A DNA stretch of 64,000 nt from Tubulanus polymorphus (GCF_964204645.1 NC_134033.1:3742131-3806130), one strand, 5' to 3'; positions 51,554-64,000 are shown, numbered from the stretch's first letter. Notes: generated by a model not told the origin, from the letters alone. Numbers and translations are program-made.

Positions 51554-51890
51554 GCATCCTCTTCCGGCAGGGATTCGAACCAGATTGAATCGAGATTGCC
51601 ACGGTACGAAACTCTGCCACACTAGACTGAGTGCACAGCTTCACGCGTAGATGATGTCATCATCAGCCAATCAGATATCCCGTTTTATTTTAGCTTGGGT
51701 TTTCCCATTTATAGTTCTTCTGTGAAATTTACCTCCGCGATTATACAACGAGCAATCTGATTGGTGCCGCAAGTTTTCGTGCGGCAAAGCTGCGCATGTA
51801 CCTGCGCACCCGGTCTACTGATGCAGGGGTTCGTGCCGTGGCTGAGTGTAGCGATGCCATCAAGTTCGAATCCCTGCCGCGGGAGGATGC
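51554..51890. mobile_element. Best-preserved copy of the A/B-box inverted-repeat element
   Basis: GCATCCTC...GAGGATGC flanked by a perfect 7-bp direct repeat TGTAGAA (51547-51553 / 51891-51897). Confidence 0.85.
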
Positions 51891-54800
51891 TGTAGAAACA
51901 GCCGGTGGAGAGTTTGTAAGATTTCGATTGGCGTTTACCCGAATCTCTTCTGTCGCGTTTGATTTGACTAGACTATAACATCTCAATCCGGAATGGTAGA
52001 ATCTGTAAACCTGACCTCGTCGACCGGTGGAGCGTTTGTCAGGTTTCGGTTGGTCTTTACCGATTCCAGAATGTAATCTTGATATATGCGGGCCGGTAGA
52101 GAATTTGTAATCCGCGAATTACTAGGCCCCTATTTGTAAAACGAATACGTTGGATCAAAACCTGCTTTTATTGGTGAATAATACAATACAGTGAATAATC
52201 TAATGCTTGCTGTGGTTATATGATTAGGATAATCCAATTAGCCAGAATGTTTAGTTTAATTGCTGTCAATGTCAATTCATATTTTCAACAAGGACAACAA
52301 TTCACCGTTTAATTCAGTTAAAACGGTTAGGTAAGGGTTATATGGTAATAATACATGATAATAAAAATGATATTGTATAATGAATTTCTTTCCCAGGAAG
52401 TACAAAACACAAATACAGTCATTGTTATTACATAAAAGAAAACGAAAAAGAAATATAGCTGCAAAGCAGCGATTATGGGTTTTCGGCAGAAAAGCACGAG
52501 ATGCATTTGAACCGATGAATAGAAATTGAAAAAAATAAATTGGCGGGCATTCGAAGATGACACAACTGAAGAAAATGTAAAGATTCAGCAATCCTCGAAG
52601 CAACCCTCTTCTTGCGTATCATCGGGTAGAATGGATGTTCCATCACCGTAGGTATGCGGGAGTACAGGATACCTGAAGGGACATGCTGATTGCTAGTTGT
52701 CGATGCGAGTTGCGGTACTAGATTTCCGCCGGTGTTTGTCGTCTGACAAATAGTCGGAGGTCAGAATTTTAGGTTTAGAATATGATGGACAGTACATACA
52801 CAAGAATCTGTTTAGTTCAGAATGACTGTTATAATTCTACCAGAATACAACATTTCATTTAGAAACAGTTAGTTGTCGAATCTGATAGATGAATTTCATG
52901 TACGAAAAATGCGGAAAATGAATAATAATAATAATAATCAACAGAATTACAAAAACTAATTACTTCGATACTGAAAAAGCGTAGGAAAGAAAACAGAGAA
53001 AACAGGACAAAATGAGATCCCGAGGGGTATATTTTAAGAAAAAGCCAATGCCCTGGTGGAATGAGAATTGGACAGGAAAAACAATTTTGGGATTGAAATT
53101 GATAGCATTTCACTTAAACCGCATAAACATCGCCAAAAAGATGCGAACCAAGATGAGGTGAACGTAGAGAGGGGGTATGACGATATGAATTTCAATTTTG
53201 TAATATGTTTTTATAGAATATTGATTTCGACATCAAAATCGCTGACGTTGCAGAATAAAAAATAGAATATATTTTTTGCACTGAACTCACTGAAAAACAC
53301 ACGAATGAAGATTAGTTGAATGTTTAAAGGGGGTATGACGATAGGGATTTCAATTTTGTAACATATTTCTATAGAACATTGATTTCAACATCAAAATCTC
53401 TGACGTTGCACAATATGAAATAGCATATATTTTTGCAGCGAACTTCGATATTTTATCACCTGCTCTGCTTGGGATTCGAATGCTCGTAATTAACAATGGT
53501 AAAAACTCTTTGAAGCTATATTTGGTTACCGGTCGACTAGGTCTTTGACGAAATAACGTTATTATATTTGCACCCAAACAGTCTGTTAAAATACGCAACG
53601 TTATTTACAGACGGCCTATTTTGTATATAACCACAAGCATCAGATGCGCAGACGACATCGAACACACAGCGACGTGAACAGTCATCAAACCGTAAGTAAT
53701 GTATTCGGGGGAAAAGTTTGCAGAAAATTGTTCAAGCGAATGATTTGGTTTGATTCGTTTCTTTCGGTGACTTCGTGTTTCCAATGAAGACCACAACAAT
53801 ATTCCAACACCCCCGTTTTTGCGCATATAAAGGCTTTTCTAGAACCTGGGCACTGTTTTGGGTTCGTCACAAAGAAGAATTGTGAATGAGTTAGGGAGCA
53901 TCTCAGCATTTCGATCGTTTTTTCAATTACTCGTCAAAGGGGACGGGGGAGGGGTTTAAGGCCAACCCCGGTATGATCAGGACTACCGATCATAACTATG
54001 GGATTCGAACATTAACATTCGAACATCAAAAAAGACGTTTGTTTGAGAAAACATGCACCCGTTACGGGAAATTTGTTCATAAAATCTCTTAGAGTTTAGG
54101 TTTTGACAATTTTTTTCCATAATTTTTCCATTCAATTTTCAATAAAAGTTGTGATCAAAATACATTCGTGACAACTTATCAGTGTCTAATCAATGGGTCG
54201 GTCGAGGGGTAAAAGAAGAATAATAAATCATTTTAATTGACACAACTATTGAGATTTTGCTGCCTTGTCGATTGGTTCGCGCGCGATGGACGGGGTCACT
54301 GGAGACTGGGATTGGCTACGAATTTCGTGACTCTGATATTCACGGATCCAGCCCTTTTGTGTGCGAAAATTATATTTAATTACTGGGTCGATCGGTGACG
54401 TCTAATTCAGTAACTGTTATATGGGTAAATATCATTATGGAGAAAAGTGAGGCCGTAATAAGTGGGGCCGTATTGCCGAGCTTTTTCAAAAAGTGCGGTT
54501 TTTCACCACGAATAAATGTCACTTTCCTATTGAAGAACCAAGGAGAGGTCTTTGATATGATTTTTTGGGTACTCGAATAAATCATTTGACAATGGATTGA
54601 TTTTCATTTTCCATAATAAAACATGAAAATTGTATCCACTCGACGAAAAAGATCTTTTTGAAGGGGACTTTGAGAATTTTAGGGGGTCGTTCGCTAACCC
54701 TGTACCCCTCGGTACGGGCCCGATACACGAAACACCCGTGTTACGGGTACTTCAGGAAAACGGTATTTTCTATACGTGTGAACCATCCTCCTTTGCCAGG

Positions 54801-55469
54801 GTTTGATTGCCTGCCGGCTAAGGGGCCATCAATCTATGGATTAAGCCAATGATATGCGTTGGTTTTCAACGGTAGATTCGTTACGCATCCCTGATTGGCT
54901 AGTATATAGAATGGTGGCCGCTGAGCAGCAACCTGTCCGCGCAAGAAACTTGGGCAATCTAATAGCAATGCGTGTGAACTAACGTGCAGACCATAGGCTT
55001 ACCGGGCGCTTCGAGTGTTTCTGGCTAGCAAGAGCGCACTTTTAATGATAATAACGATTAATGCATATCCCAGTTACATTTTGGTTATTAATAAATGCCA
55101 AAACACCGAAGTGGTACCTGCAGCGAGTGAGGTTGACATCTACTAGTACGCCCATTTCGCTTTTTTTTATGTGACAATCGATTGATTGATCCGACCGACG
55201 AATTTCAGTGGTTTAAGACATCGGAAAACTTATGAAATATCCAAACGTCTTATTTTACAATATTTCGTACTATAATTCGTGAACAAAACATTATTATCCT
55301 TGTAAAATATCGAAATCACCTTTGCGGCCGGTCACATGCGTATTCATCATAAGAATCGGTCCTTAAACAGGGTGAATGCAGGTTGCCGTAGAATTCGCCA
55401 GGTATTTTCTTTATGATTCATATAGGTGTCATTTGATTCACTAGAAAGTTACTGAACGCTATCACCACG

Positions 55470-56382
55470 ATGAAGACGATCATTGCATTATTATGTAAGA
55501 ATCCGTTATAATATTGTAATTCCATGAGTAACTCACGACTTTTGCACGATATACAATGGATGGATTTTCCCTAATTTTATGTATGTTTTTCAAGTCGTAG
55601 CGGTTGTTGGTGTCGCATTTGCACGTTACACGGCCGAACAGTACCAAACAATGTGTAGTCAACATTGCGATGGAGAATCGGGAATGGCGGACCCGACTGA
55701 GAGAGCAAGGCTTTTACCAATTTGTAAAAGGTAAGTTAAATTTTCTAGTCATCAGTAAAATATTCTTGCCGTATAAACGCTCAGCGTGTTCATCCTACGA
55801 GAACAACATACCCTCGCTTGCCAGGGTTTGGTTGCCGCCCGCTGAATTTCAAGCAAACCTTTCATTCGTCGATTCGGGCATGGTTTGTGTTGGTATGAGA
55901 TTCGGCGGGCGGCAACCAAACCCTGGCAAGCGAGGGTATGTTGTGTATAGATCCACTAGCAAAATAATGTCCAGATATCGTTTGGAATCTCGTCCAGGTT
56001 CACAAAATTACGTCACTGAAAAACAATTGTTTGTGCCTAGTTCTGCCGCTAGGTGGCGAATGGGGCCATTCAAGTTTCATCGAGATCCACACACCATAAA
56101 CGAAGCTAAGCATCCGAAGGACAGACACAGACGAACGAACGATACCGAGAACCAATAACGCGTCTTTTGATATCTAGCTCTAGCTTAAACCTATATTTGG
56201 GGGGAGGGACACAAGCTGTAGAGGATGTTTGAATGATAGAGATAACTAATCTTTGCATTTTCATTTTCAGACGTTGTGAGATTACCGCAATGTGTTTAAG
56301 ATCAAAATGCGGCGGATCGATTCAATCTGCAGAGAATATGTGTTTTGTGAACTGCCAGCGTGCTGCTGCGCAAGCTTGTTAA
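55470..56382 (+). CDS. Secreted 9-Cys peptide precursor, copy A (90 aa, 3 coding exons)
   Basis: Exons 55470-55494, 55595-55730, 56271-56382; GT-AG, in phase; AATAAA at 56394. MKTIIALLFVAVVGVAFA-RYTAEQYQTMCSQHCDGESGMADPTERARLLPICKRRCEITAMCLRSKCGGSIQSAENMCFVNCQRAAAQAC*. Confidence 0.85.
55803..55944. mobile_element. Palindromic MITE in intron 2 of peptide copy A (left arm missing in copy B)
   Basis: acaacataccctcgcttgccagggtttggttgccgccc / gggcggcaaccaaaccctggcaagcgagggtatgttgt. Confidence 0.8.
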
Positions 56383-57440
56383 ATGGCTTCGTGAATAAAC
56401 GTATTCTGCAAATCTAACACAATTGACAGCCTGTTTCTCGTATATTTTGACTAGGGATGAATTTATGTTTTGTACTCCAACAGTAATTCGGAATGTTAGG
56501 AATGAATTGTTTCATCTGCCCGAAGTTGAGGGCTCCGCTGGGTCCGCATGGTTGGATTTTCTTTCACCAATATCAAACACGCTGATATACTTACCTTTAA
56601 CTCCGGGTTAAAAGGTAAAAAACAAAACATAACAACATAACCTTGTACTTACATTTTAAGTTTGACAATTGCATACGATCAATGATAGGTTTACCTATAC
56701 CTAAAGGAATTCTCAACTCAACAGTTGTTATTTTGTGTAGTTGTTATTAGTGTAAAAGTGTTTCTTTTTTTTATAAACTGATAGAATATGGTTCATGGTC
56801 GCTCCAAACAATTTTCAGCTTCATTCCAAAGTATCGTACTGGTTTACTGATTTACAAGTGCGACTGAGCCAGAATTGTTCGCAATAAAGATACTCTAATT
56901 TACACTTGTCGCTGATTTGACTAGGATGACACAACTTCACGCGAGATATGACACCAAAAAAAAACATTGTTAAAATACTCAAAAGGTTTTTCTAAATTTT
57001 TTTGGCATACTTCCGGAAAGAAATCCCCCGGAAATCCGATCCCCGACCAGAAATATTCCCGAAATAAATCCGACGGAAATTTCCGGCACGATTCCGGAGA
57101 AAAATCTTCTGGAAGTTACTGACTTTCTGTTCTGCGTAATTTCTGGGCACGAATGACGCGAAGAAACCGAGCCTTTACTTGGGAATTGGTCTGAAATGCT
57201 CGACGGTCTGACAACGTCAATATTGTACGCCCCCTGGTGAACAGGTAAGTAATCAATGAGCTAAACTCGCCACTAACATATTGCTTTGAGATGGAATTTG
57301 CATATAGAATATGCATTTTTTTCCAAAATCAGAAACACATTTCGAAATCTACCTTCGTAATCAAACCAACACCAAAATACGGAAACTTCCCTATTGGGAA
57401 AAAGAAATATCGGACGCATTAAAATTGCCCTGCGTGATGG

Positions 57441-57930
57441 TTATTTGACTGGATTTCTACAGCCGATTTTCATACAGAAATATTCACGAATTTCTCGTCC
57501 CAGTAAAAGATATATGTAGAAATTGACCACGAAGTTGCCGACTAAAAACTGCATGAATATGTCGTGTAGGAAATCTCTCTGTTTCGGCGAAATTGGTAAC
57601 AGCGAAATAACTGCTGATGGGAGCAAAAATATCGCAAACGCGAGCAAAACTGTTACGAGCATTATTGTCGTACGTTTTGATTTCGTAGTTTTCTGATCGG
57701 ACGAAACCATTTTTGAACCTCTGAATAACTGAACTGTTCATAGCCGAAATTGATGTTCGGTGCGATATGAATGTGGACGACTGTTACGATGAAAACGATC
57801 ATTCAGTAGTTGAATTCGTAGAAAACATCCGATGAACCTGTCGGAAACGAACATCGACAAAATAGACGTGAGGTATAGGACCAGTATATTCACTGCAATA
57901 ATCATGAATATAATAAATCTAGCGAATCTA
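57441..57930 (-). pseudogene. Frameshifted/truncated rhodopsin-family GPCR relic (TM6-TM7-helix 8 intact)
   Basis: KRTTIMLVTVLLAFAIFLLPSAV...NFVVNFYIYLLLGREIR. Upstream hydrophobic segments are out of frame; 5' boundary approximate. Confidence 0.7.
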
Positions 57931-60900
57931 AGGTGTAAATATCAAACGAGATGTGAACGGCAAGATATGATCTCTTCCCAATATATAACCCTCACGAATT
58001 TCATTGAATAATAGTTAACCATTCAAGCTGCAGGTCCAAAAATGACGCATTTCGGTCTCAGAAAGGTCATTATCCGATTTTTCTTATGATACTAGGGGCC
58101 TTTAAGCGATACATATAATAATAATACTATTAATAGTAATAATAATTTATTCAGCATAAAATCCATTTTAAATATGCTCATTGGCTTTACATCATATATA
58201 AAAAGAGAACATAGAAACAGAGAAAACTAAAACGAATTTAGTTAAAAAGCTTTCGATGAACAAATGGGTTTTGAATTAAGATTTAACATCGATTGAAGGA
58301 CTAGATTCAATTGGTCTTGATGGCCGTTTACAGAGACATTGTAGCAATCACAACTGAAAAATAATACCGATATACAACTTAAGTTAAAACTATGGCCATT
58401 TATAGAATTATGTTACTAATTTGTAGTCAGTGCGGAACGTTTGGTTTTGGAACAATAATGAGGGGTGGTAGGTAAGTCATGATTTACCACATGTTACTTC
58501 CGTGTTGATGAAAATCTCGCGAGAATGGCGCAACATTGAAACCTGGCTTATCATACATATTTCTTGTACATATTCACAATTTATCCGCTATAAAGGCTCG
58601 ATAAACAATTGCATGCTTACGATCAGTATGATTAGCGCTGGCGGCGATGGTTGTCCGAAACGCGATTTCACGAGAGAGTTACCGCCATCTTGTTTGCACT
58701 GCGCATGCTCCTCCCCATTCTGTTTGTAAACACAGTCCACACATGAGCACTACACTCGCTGCGTGAGCGTATCACTCTCAAAACAAAACAAATAGCACCA
58801 GAACCCGCCAACCTGGGCACCTTTTCAAACGATTTTACATCTACACGATTAAATCTATTTCTGACAGCGTTTTTGCTTCTTATTCGTTTATCTAGTGTTT
58901 CAACGAGTTTATCAGCACCGGACGACCTCCAGGGGTTAAGATGGATCTTTGAACAAATGAACAATTTTCAAATAGTGATTTTTTCCCACGTATGTTATTC
59001 ATTTATTTCAACTCAAAAACCTTTGGAGAATTTAATTAAAGAAATAGTCGCAAATCCTTCGAATGATCGCACGTGCGATCGCGGCCGCCCCGCTCGTGCT
59101 TGAAATGGAAAATTAGTATCTCGTACGATGATGAGTGATCGAAAATAAAAGATGAAATCTAAATCATTCGATGCTTTCAGAGAAATGCATTGGAAAATGT
59201 GGTTTGGAAATAAACTGAATGTGTTATTACCTCATTTCACATGTTGCCTCCCTCCTGGACGTATTAACTACGCTAAACTATGATCGTTGTGACCTTTGTG
59301 CTGGCCACAAATGCACGCACATCACACTACACTACCAATTCGACACCCAACTACCCACAGCTTTGATATAACCATCCTATTATCTAGTGTGTTTCTCCCT
59401 GAGTTCAATTGAACTAGGTATAACAGAGTACTGAGGCAGAGTACACATCTAAATATGAACCATTGAGGAAACTTGATCGATGCAACTTCGAAATTTCCCT
59501 TGAAAACTTATAAATGTATGAAAAGTCCAGATTTCTGGGTGCAACGTGGCCAACAGAAATGCATCGTCAAGTTCGCGTCGATTTAACGTGACATTTAACA
59601 TACTATATTCGAAGAATGTATTGATTCGTGTTATCGCATTTATGATATCATATTACGGCTATTATTTCGTTGACAATTTAAGGAAATTTATCGCAGATCA
59701 ACTGTATCAACTGGTCCTATATATAAACTGAATATCAAGACAATCCACCAAAGCGTCTACAAAACTTCCCAAATTGACTGGATTCCGTCTACAGATGAAC
59801 AAACAGTAACGAAAAGTGAACGCAATTTCCCGCTTGGACTTAAGTCCCTAATGGACTAAAAAGCGATGTATTTAATTTTGAACTCCTTCCACCCTCTTCG
59901 CTCGCATCTCCCCCTTTAAACAGCATAAAGATCGCCAAAAACACACGAATGAAGATTAGCTGAATGTTGAAAGGGGGTATGACGATAGGGATTTAAATTT
60001 TGTAACATATTTCTATAGAACATTGATTTCAACATCAAAATCTCTGACGTTGCACAATATGAAATAGCATATATTCTTGCACCGATTTTCGATATTTCAT
60101 CACCTGCTCTGCTTGGGATTCGAATTCTCGGAATTAACAATGGTAAAAACTCTCGGAAGCTATATTTGATTACCGGGTCTCGGTCGACTAGGTCTTTGAT
60201 GAAATAACGTTATTATATTTGCACCCAAACAGTCTGTTAAAATACGCAACGTTATTTACAGATGGTCCATTTTGTATATAGCCACACGCATCAGAGGCGC
60301 AGACGACATCGAATCAACAGCGACGTGAACAGTCATCAAACCGTAAGTAATGAATCAGGGAGGAAAAGTTTGCAGAAAATTGTTCAAGCGAATGATTTTG
60401 TTTGATTCATTTCTTTCGGTGATTTCGTGTGTCCAATGAAGACCACAACAATATTCCAAGACCATAACCGTTCTTTTTGCGCATATTAAAGCTTTTCTAG
60501 AATCTGGGCACTGTTGAGCTCGTCACAAAAAATAATTGAGAATGATTTAGAGAGCATCTCGACATTTCGATAGTTTTTTTTCAATTAGAATAACTCGCGG
60601 AGGGGGTTGGGATGGGGGGTTAAGGTATACCGCGGTATGATCACGACTACCGAATATCGATCATTACTATTTGTTTTGAGTATTAATCAAAAAGCTGCTT
60701 GTTCGGAAAAACATGCACTCTTTGTAAGCTCTTTGTTCACTTAGTAAAACATGCACTCTTTACGAGAAATTTGTAGAGGCGTTTTTGTTTATTAAGTCTC
60801 TTAGAGTTTAAAAGCTTTTAACAGATTTCTTTCATGATTTTTTAATTAAAAGTTGTGATCAAGATACATTCGTCAGAGCTTCTCTTTGAATGTGGTCTTG

Positions 60901-62122
60901 GGCATGTGTCTGATCAAAGTGGGTTGGGGGTAAAACGAATAAAGACAGTTATTCTAATTGATGCGTCAACTATTGAAATCTTGGGAGACTGCCATAGTCG
61001 ATTGGGTTGGTGCGCGAGCTAATACGGGGTCACTGGAGACTGGGATTGGCTACGAATGTCGTGATTGTGTAATTCACGGAGCCTCCCCTGTTGCGTGAAA
61101 TCATCGATATGTGGTCGGTGAGATCGAATTCAGTAACTGATTTGGGAAAATACCATTATGTAGAAAAAGAAGGACCGTTTTGAGGCCGCACCGAGCTTTA
61201 TTGAGGGGGAGTTCTATTTCATGAAAAAGGCACTTTTTCACCAGGAAAAATAACACTTACCTTAATACCATAAGCGGAGATCTTGAAACGATTTTCTGAG
61301 TACGAATAAATCATTTGTGAATGGATTCTTTTCATTTTTTTTTTCATTTTCCAAAATAAAACGTGAAAATTGTAAACAAATTTTGACGAAAAAGATCTTG
61401 ACCCGAATTTTTTTTCACACTGACTTTTGAAGGGCACAATGAAAATTTTAGGGTTCGTTCACTACCACTGAACACCCTCGATACACGGGAAACACCCGTA
61501 ACACGGTCTCTTCTCTACGTCTAAACCATCCTCGCTTGCCAGGGTTTGATTGCCTCACGGCTAAGGGGCCACCAGTATTGAATTAACCCAATGATATGCG
61601 ATGGTTTTCACCGGCAGATTCCCTACGCATCCCTGATTGGGTACATAGACTGGTGGCCGCTTAGCGGTTCGACGGTTCCTGGCTGACAAGAGCGCACTTT
61701 TAATAATAATAACGATTTCACGCGGGGACAATACATATCTCAATTATCTGTCGTTTGTTGATAAATGCCAAAACACCGAAGTGGTACCTGCAGCGAGTGA
61801 GGGTGACATCTGACGCCCATTTCATTTTTTTCATGTGATAGATTATTCAATGATTCGACTGGCGTGTTTCAGTGGGTTTAGGCATCGGAAAACTAATGAA
61901 ATATCCAAACGTCTGATTTTACAATATTTTGTATTTATGAACATCATTATCATTATTAAGTATCTTAATCGCCTTTGCGGCCGATCACATGTGCGCTCAT
62001 CATAGGAATCGGGCCTTAAACAGGGTGAATATAGGTTGCCGTAGAATTCGCCAGGTATTTTCTTTATGATTCATATAGGTGTCATTTGATTCACTAGAAA
62101 GTTACTGAACGCTATCACCACG

Positions 62123-62967
62123 ATGAAGACGATCATTGCATTATTATGTAAGTAATTCGTTATAATACTGTAATTCCATGAGTAACTCACGACTTTTTCA
62201 CGATATACAATGGATGGATTTTCCCTAATTTTATGTATGTTTTTCAAGTCGTAGCGATTGTTGGTGTCGCATTTGCGCGTTACACGGTCGAACAGTACCA
62301 GACAATGTGTAGTCAACATTGCGATCGACAATCGGGAAGGGTCACCGACCTGACTGAGAGAGCAAAGCTTTTACAAACTTGTAAAAGGTAAGTTAAATTT
62401 TCTAGTGATCAGTAAAATATTCTTGCCGTATAATCACTCAGCGTGTTCATCCTACGTACGCGGGCGGCAACCAAACCCCGGCAAGCGAGGGTATGTTGTA
62501 CCTAGAGGTACGTATAGATCCAATAGCTAAATGATGTCCAGATATCGTTTTGAATCTCGTCCAGGTTCAGTAGGTCATTTTCACAAAATCACGTCACTGA
62601 AAAAAAAATTGTAAGTGCTTAGTTCTGCCGCTAGGTGGCGAATGGGGCCATTCAAGTTTCATCGAGATCCACACACCATAAACGAAGCTAAGCATCCGAA
62701 GGACAGACACAGACGAACGAACGATACCGAGAACCAATAACGCGTCTTTTGATATCTAGCTCTAGCTTAAACCTATATTTGGGGGGAGGGACACAAGTTT
62801 TAGAGGATGTTTGAATGATAGAGATAACTAATCTTTGCATTTTCATTTTCAGACGTTGTGAGATTACCGCAATGTGTATAAGATCAAAGTGCGGCGGATC
62901 GATTCAATCTGTGGAGAATAGTATGTGTTTTGTGAACTGCCAGCGTGCTGCTGCGCAAGCTTGTTAA
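62123..62967 (+). CDS. Secreted 9-Cys peptide precursor, copy B (92 aa, 3 coding exons)
   Basis: Exons 62123-62147, 62249-62387, 62853-62967; same splice sites; AATAAA at ~62979. MKTIIALLFVAIVGVAFA-RYTVEQYQTMCSQHCDRQSGRVTDLTERAKLLQTCKRRCEITAMCIRSKCGGSIQSVENSMCFVNCQRAAAQAC*. Confidence 0.85.
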
Positions 62968-64000
62968 ATGGCTTCGCGAATAAACGTATTCTGCAAATCT
63001 AACACAATTGACAGCCTGTTTCTCGTATATTTTGACTAGGGATGAATCTATGTTTTGTACTCCAACAGTAATTCGGAATGTTAGGAATGAATTGTTTCAT
63101 CTGCCCGAAGTTGAGGGCTCCGCTGGGTCCGCATGGTTGGATTTTCTTTCACCAATATCAAACACGCTGATATACTTACCTTTAACTCCGGGTTAAAAGG
63201 TAAAAAACAAAACATAACAACATAACCTTGTACTTACGTTTTAAGTTTGACAATTGCATACGATCAATGATAGGTTTACCTATACCTAAAGGAATTCTCA
63301 ACTCAACAGTTGTTATTTTGTGTAGTTGTTATAGTGTAAAAGTGTTTCTTTTTTTACAAACTGATAGAATATGGTTCTTGGTCGCTCCAAACAATTTTCA
63401 GCTTCATTCCAAAGTATCGTACTGGTTTACTGATTTACAAGTGCGACTGAGCCAGAATTGTTCGCAATAAAGATACTCTAATTTACACTTGTCGCTGATT
63501 TGACTAGGATGACACAACTTCACGCGAGATATGACACAAAAAAAACATTGTTAAAATACTCAAACGGTTTTTCTAAATTTTTTTGGCATACTTCCGGAAA
63601 GAAATCCCCCGGAAATCCGATCCCCGACCAGAAATATTCCCGAAATAAATTCGACGGAAATTTCCGGCACGATTCCGGAGAAAAATCTTCTGGAAGTTAC
63701 TGACTTTCTGTTCTGCGTAATTTCTGGGCACGAATGACGCGAAGAAACCGAGCCTTTACTTGGGAATTGGTCTGAAATGCTCGACGGTCTGACAACGTCA
63801 ATATTGTACGCCCCCTGGTGAACAGGTAAGTAATCAATGAGCTAAACTCGCCACTAACATATTGCTTTGAGATGGAATTTGCTTATAGAATATGCATTTT
63901 TTCCAAAATCAGAAACACATTTCGAAATCTACCTTCGTAATCAAACCAACACCAAAATACGGAAACTTCCCTATTGGGAAAAAGAAATATCGGACGCATT

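Larger units (their letters stand above)
53115..64000. repeat. ~6.6-kb head-to-tail tandem duplication (unit A ~53115-59920; unit B ~59920 to beyond 64000)
   Basis: aaaaacacacgaatgaagattag at ~53293 and ~59937. 56050-57420 is almost identical to 62630-64000; the window ends at the homolog of 57420. Confidence 0.95.

Noticed and set aside
52277-52603. Hydrophobic minus-strand ORFs as another GPCR fragment
   Set aside because: No GPCR motifs; hydrophobicity is explained by T-rich composition.
55604-56158. 184-aa ORF
   Set aside because: Wrong frame over peptide exon 2, runs through an intronic MITE and is not preserved in the duplicate unit.
56423-56611. 62-aa ORF conserved in both duplication units (also 63008..63196)
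   Set aside because: Starts at TTG after the peptide poly(A) signal; conservation only reflects the near-identical duplication.

Overview
Eukaryotic invertebrate genomic DNA (GT-AG introns, CpG-rich exons, dense MITEs, SINE/LINE tails and minisatellites). A bilaterian, probably lophotrochozoan source is inferred, not proven. Genes reconstructed by hand, in order: 11-exon ZRSR2 (-) head-to-head with intronless CDC123 (+); 7-exon EPSTI1-like (+); a BEL/Pao gag zinc-knuckle ORF split by a MITE; three intronless paralogous HNMT-like SAM methyltransferases; 5-exon PLEKHB2/evectin-like (-) head-to-head with a tartan/capricious-like LRR transmembrane gene (+); an intronless FMRFamide-receptor-like GPCR; and a ~6.6 kb tandem duplication. 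The strongest hidden signal is in that duplication. Each unit carries a 3-exon gene absent from the ORF track, encoding a 90/92-aa secreted peptide with four CxxxC-type pairs plus a C-terminal ninth Cys. The copies differ mostly by amino-acid changes, as expected for a toxin, pheromone or defence peptide family. They sit beside an intact GPCR and a GPCR relic. The second candidate system is the mosaic methyltransferase cluster.
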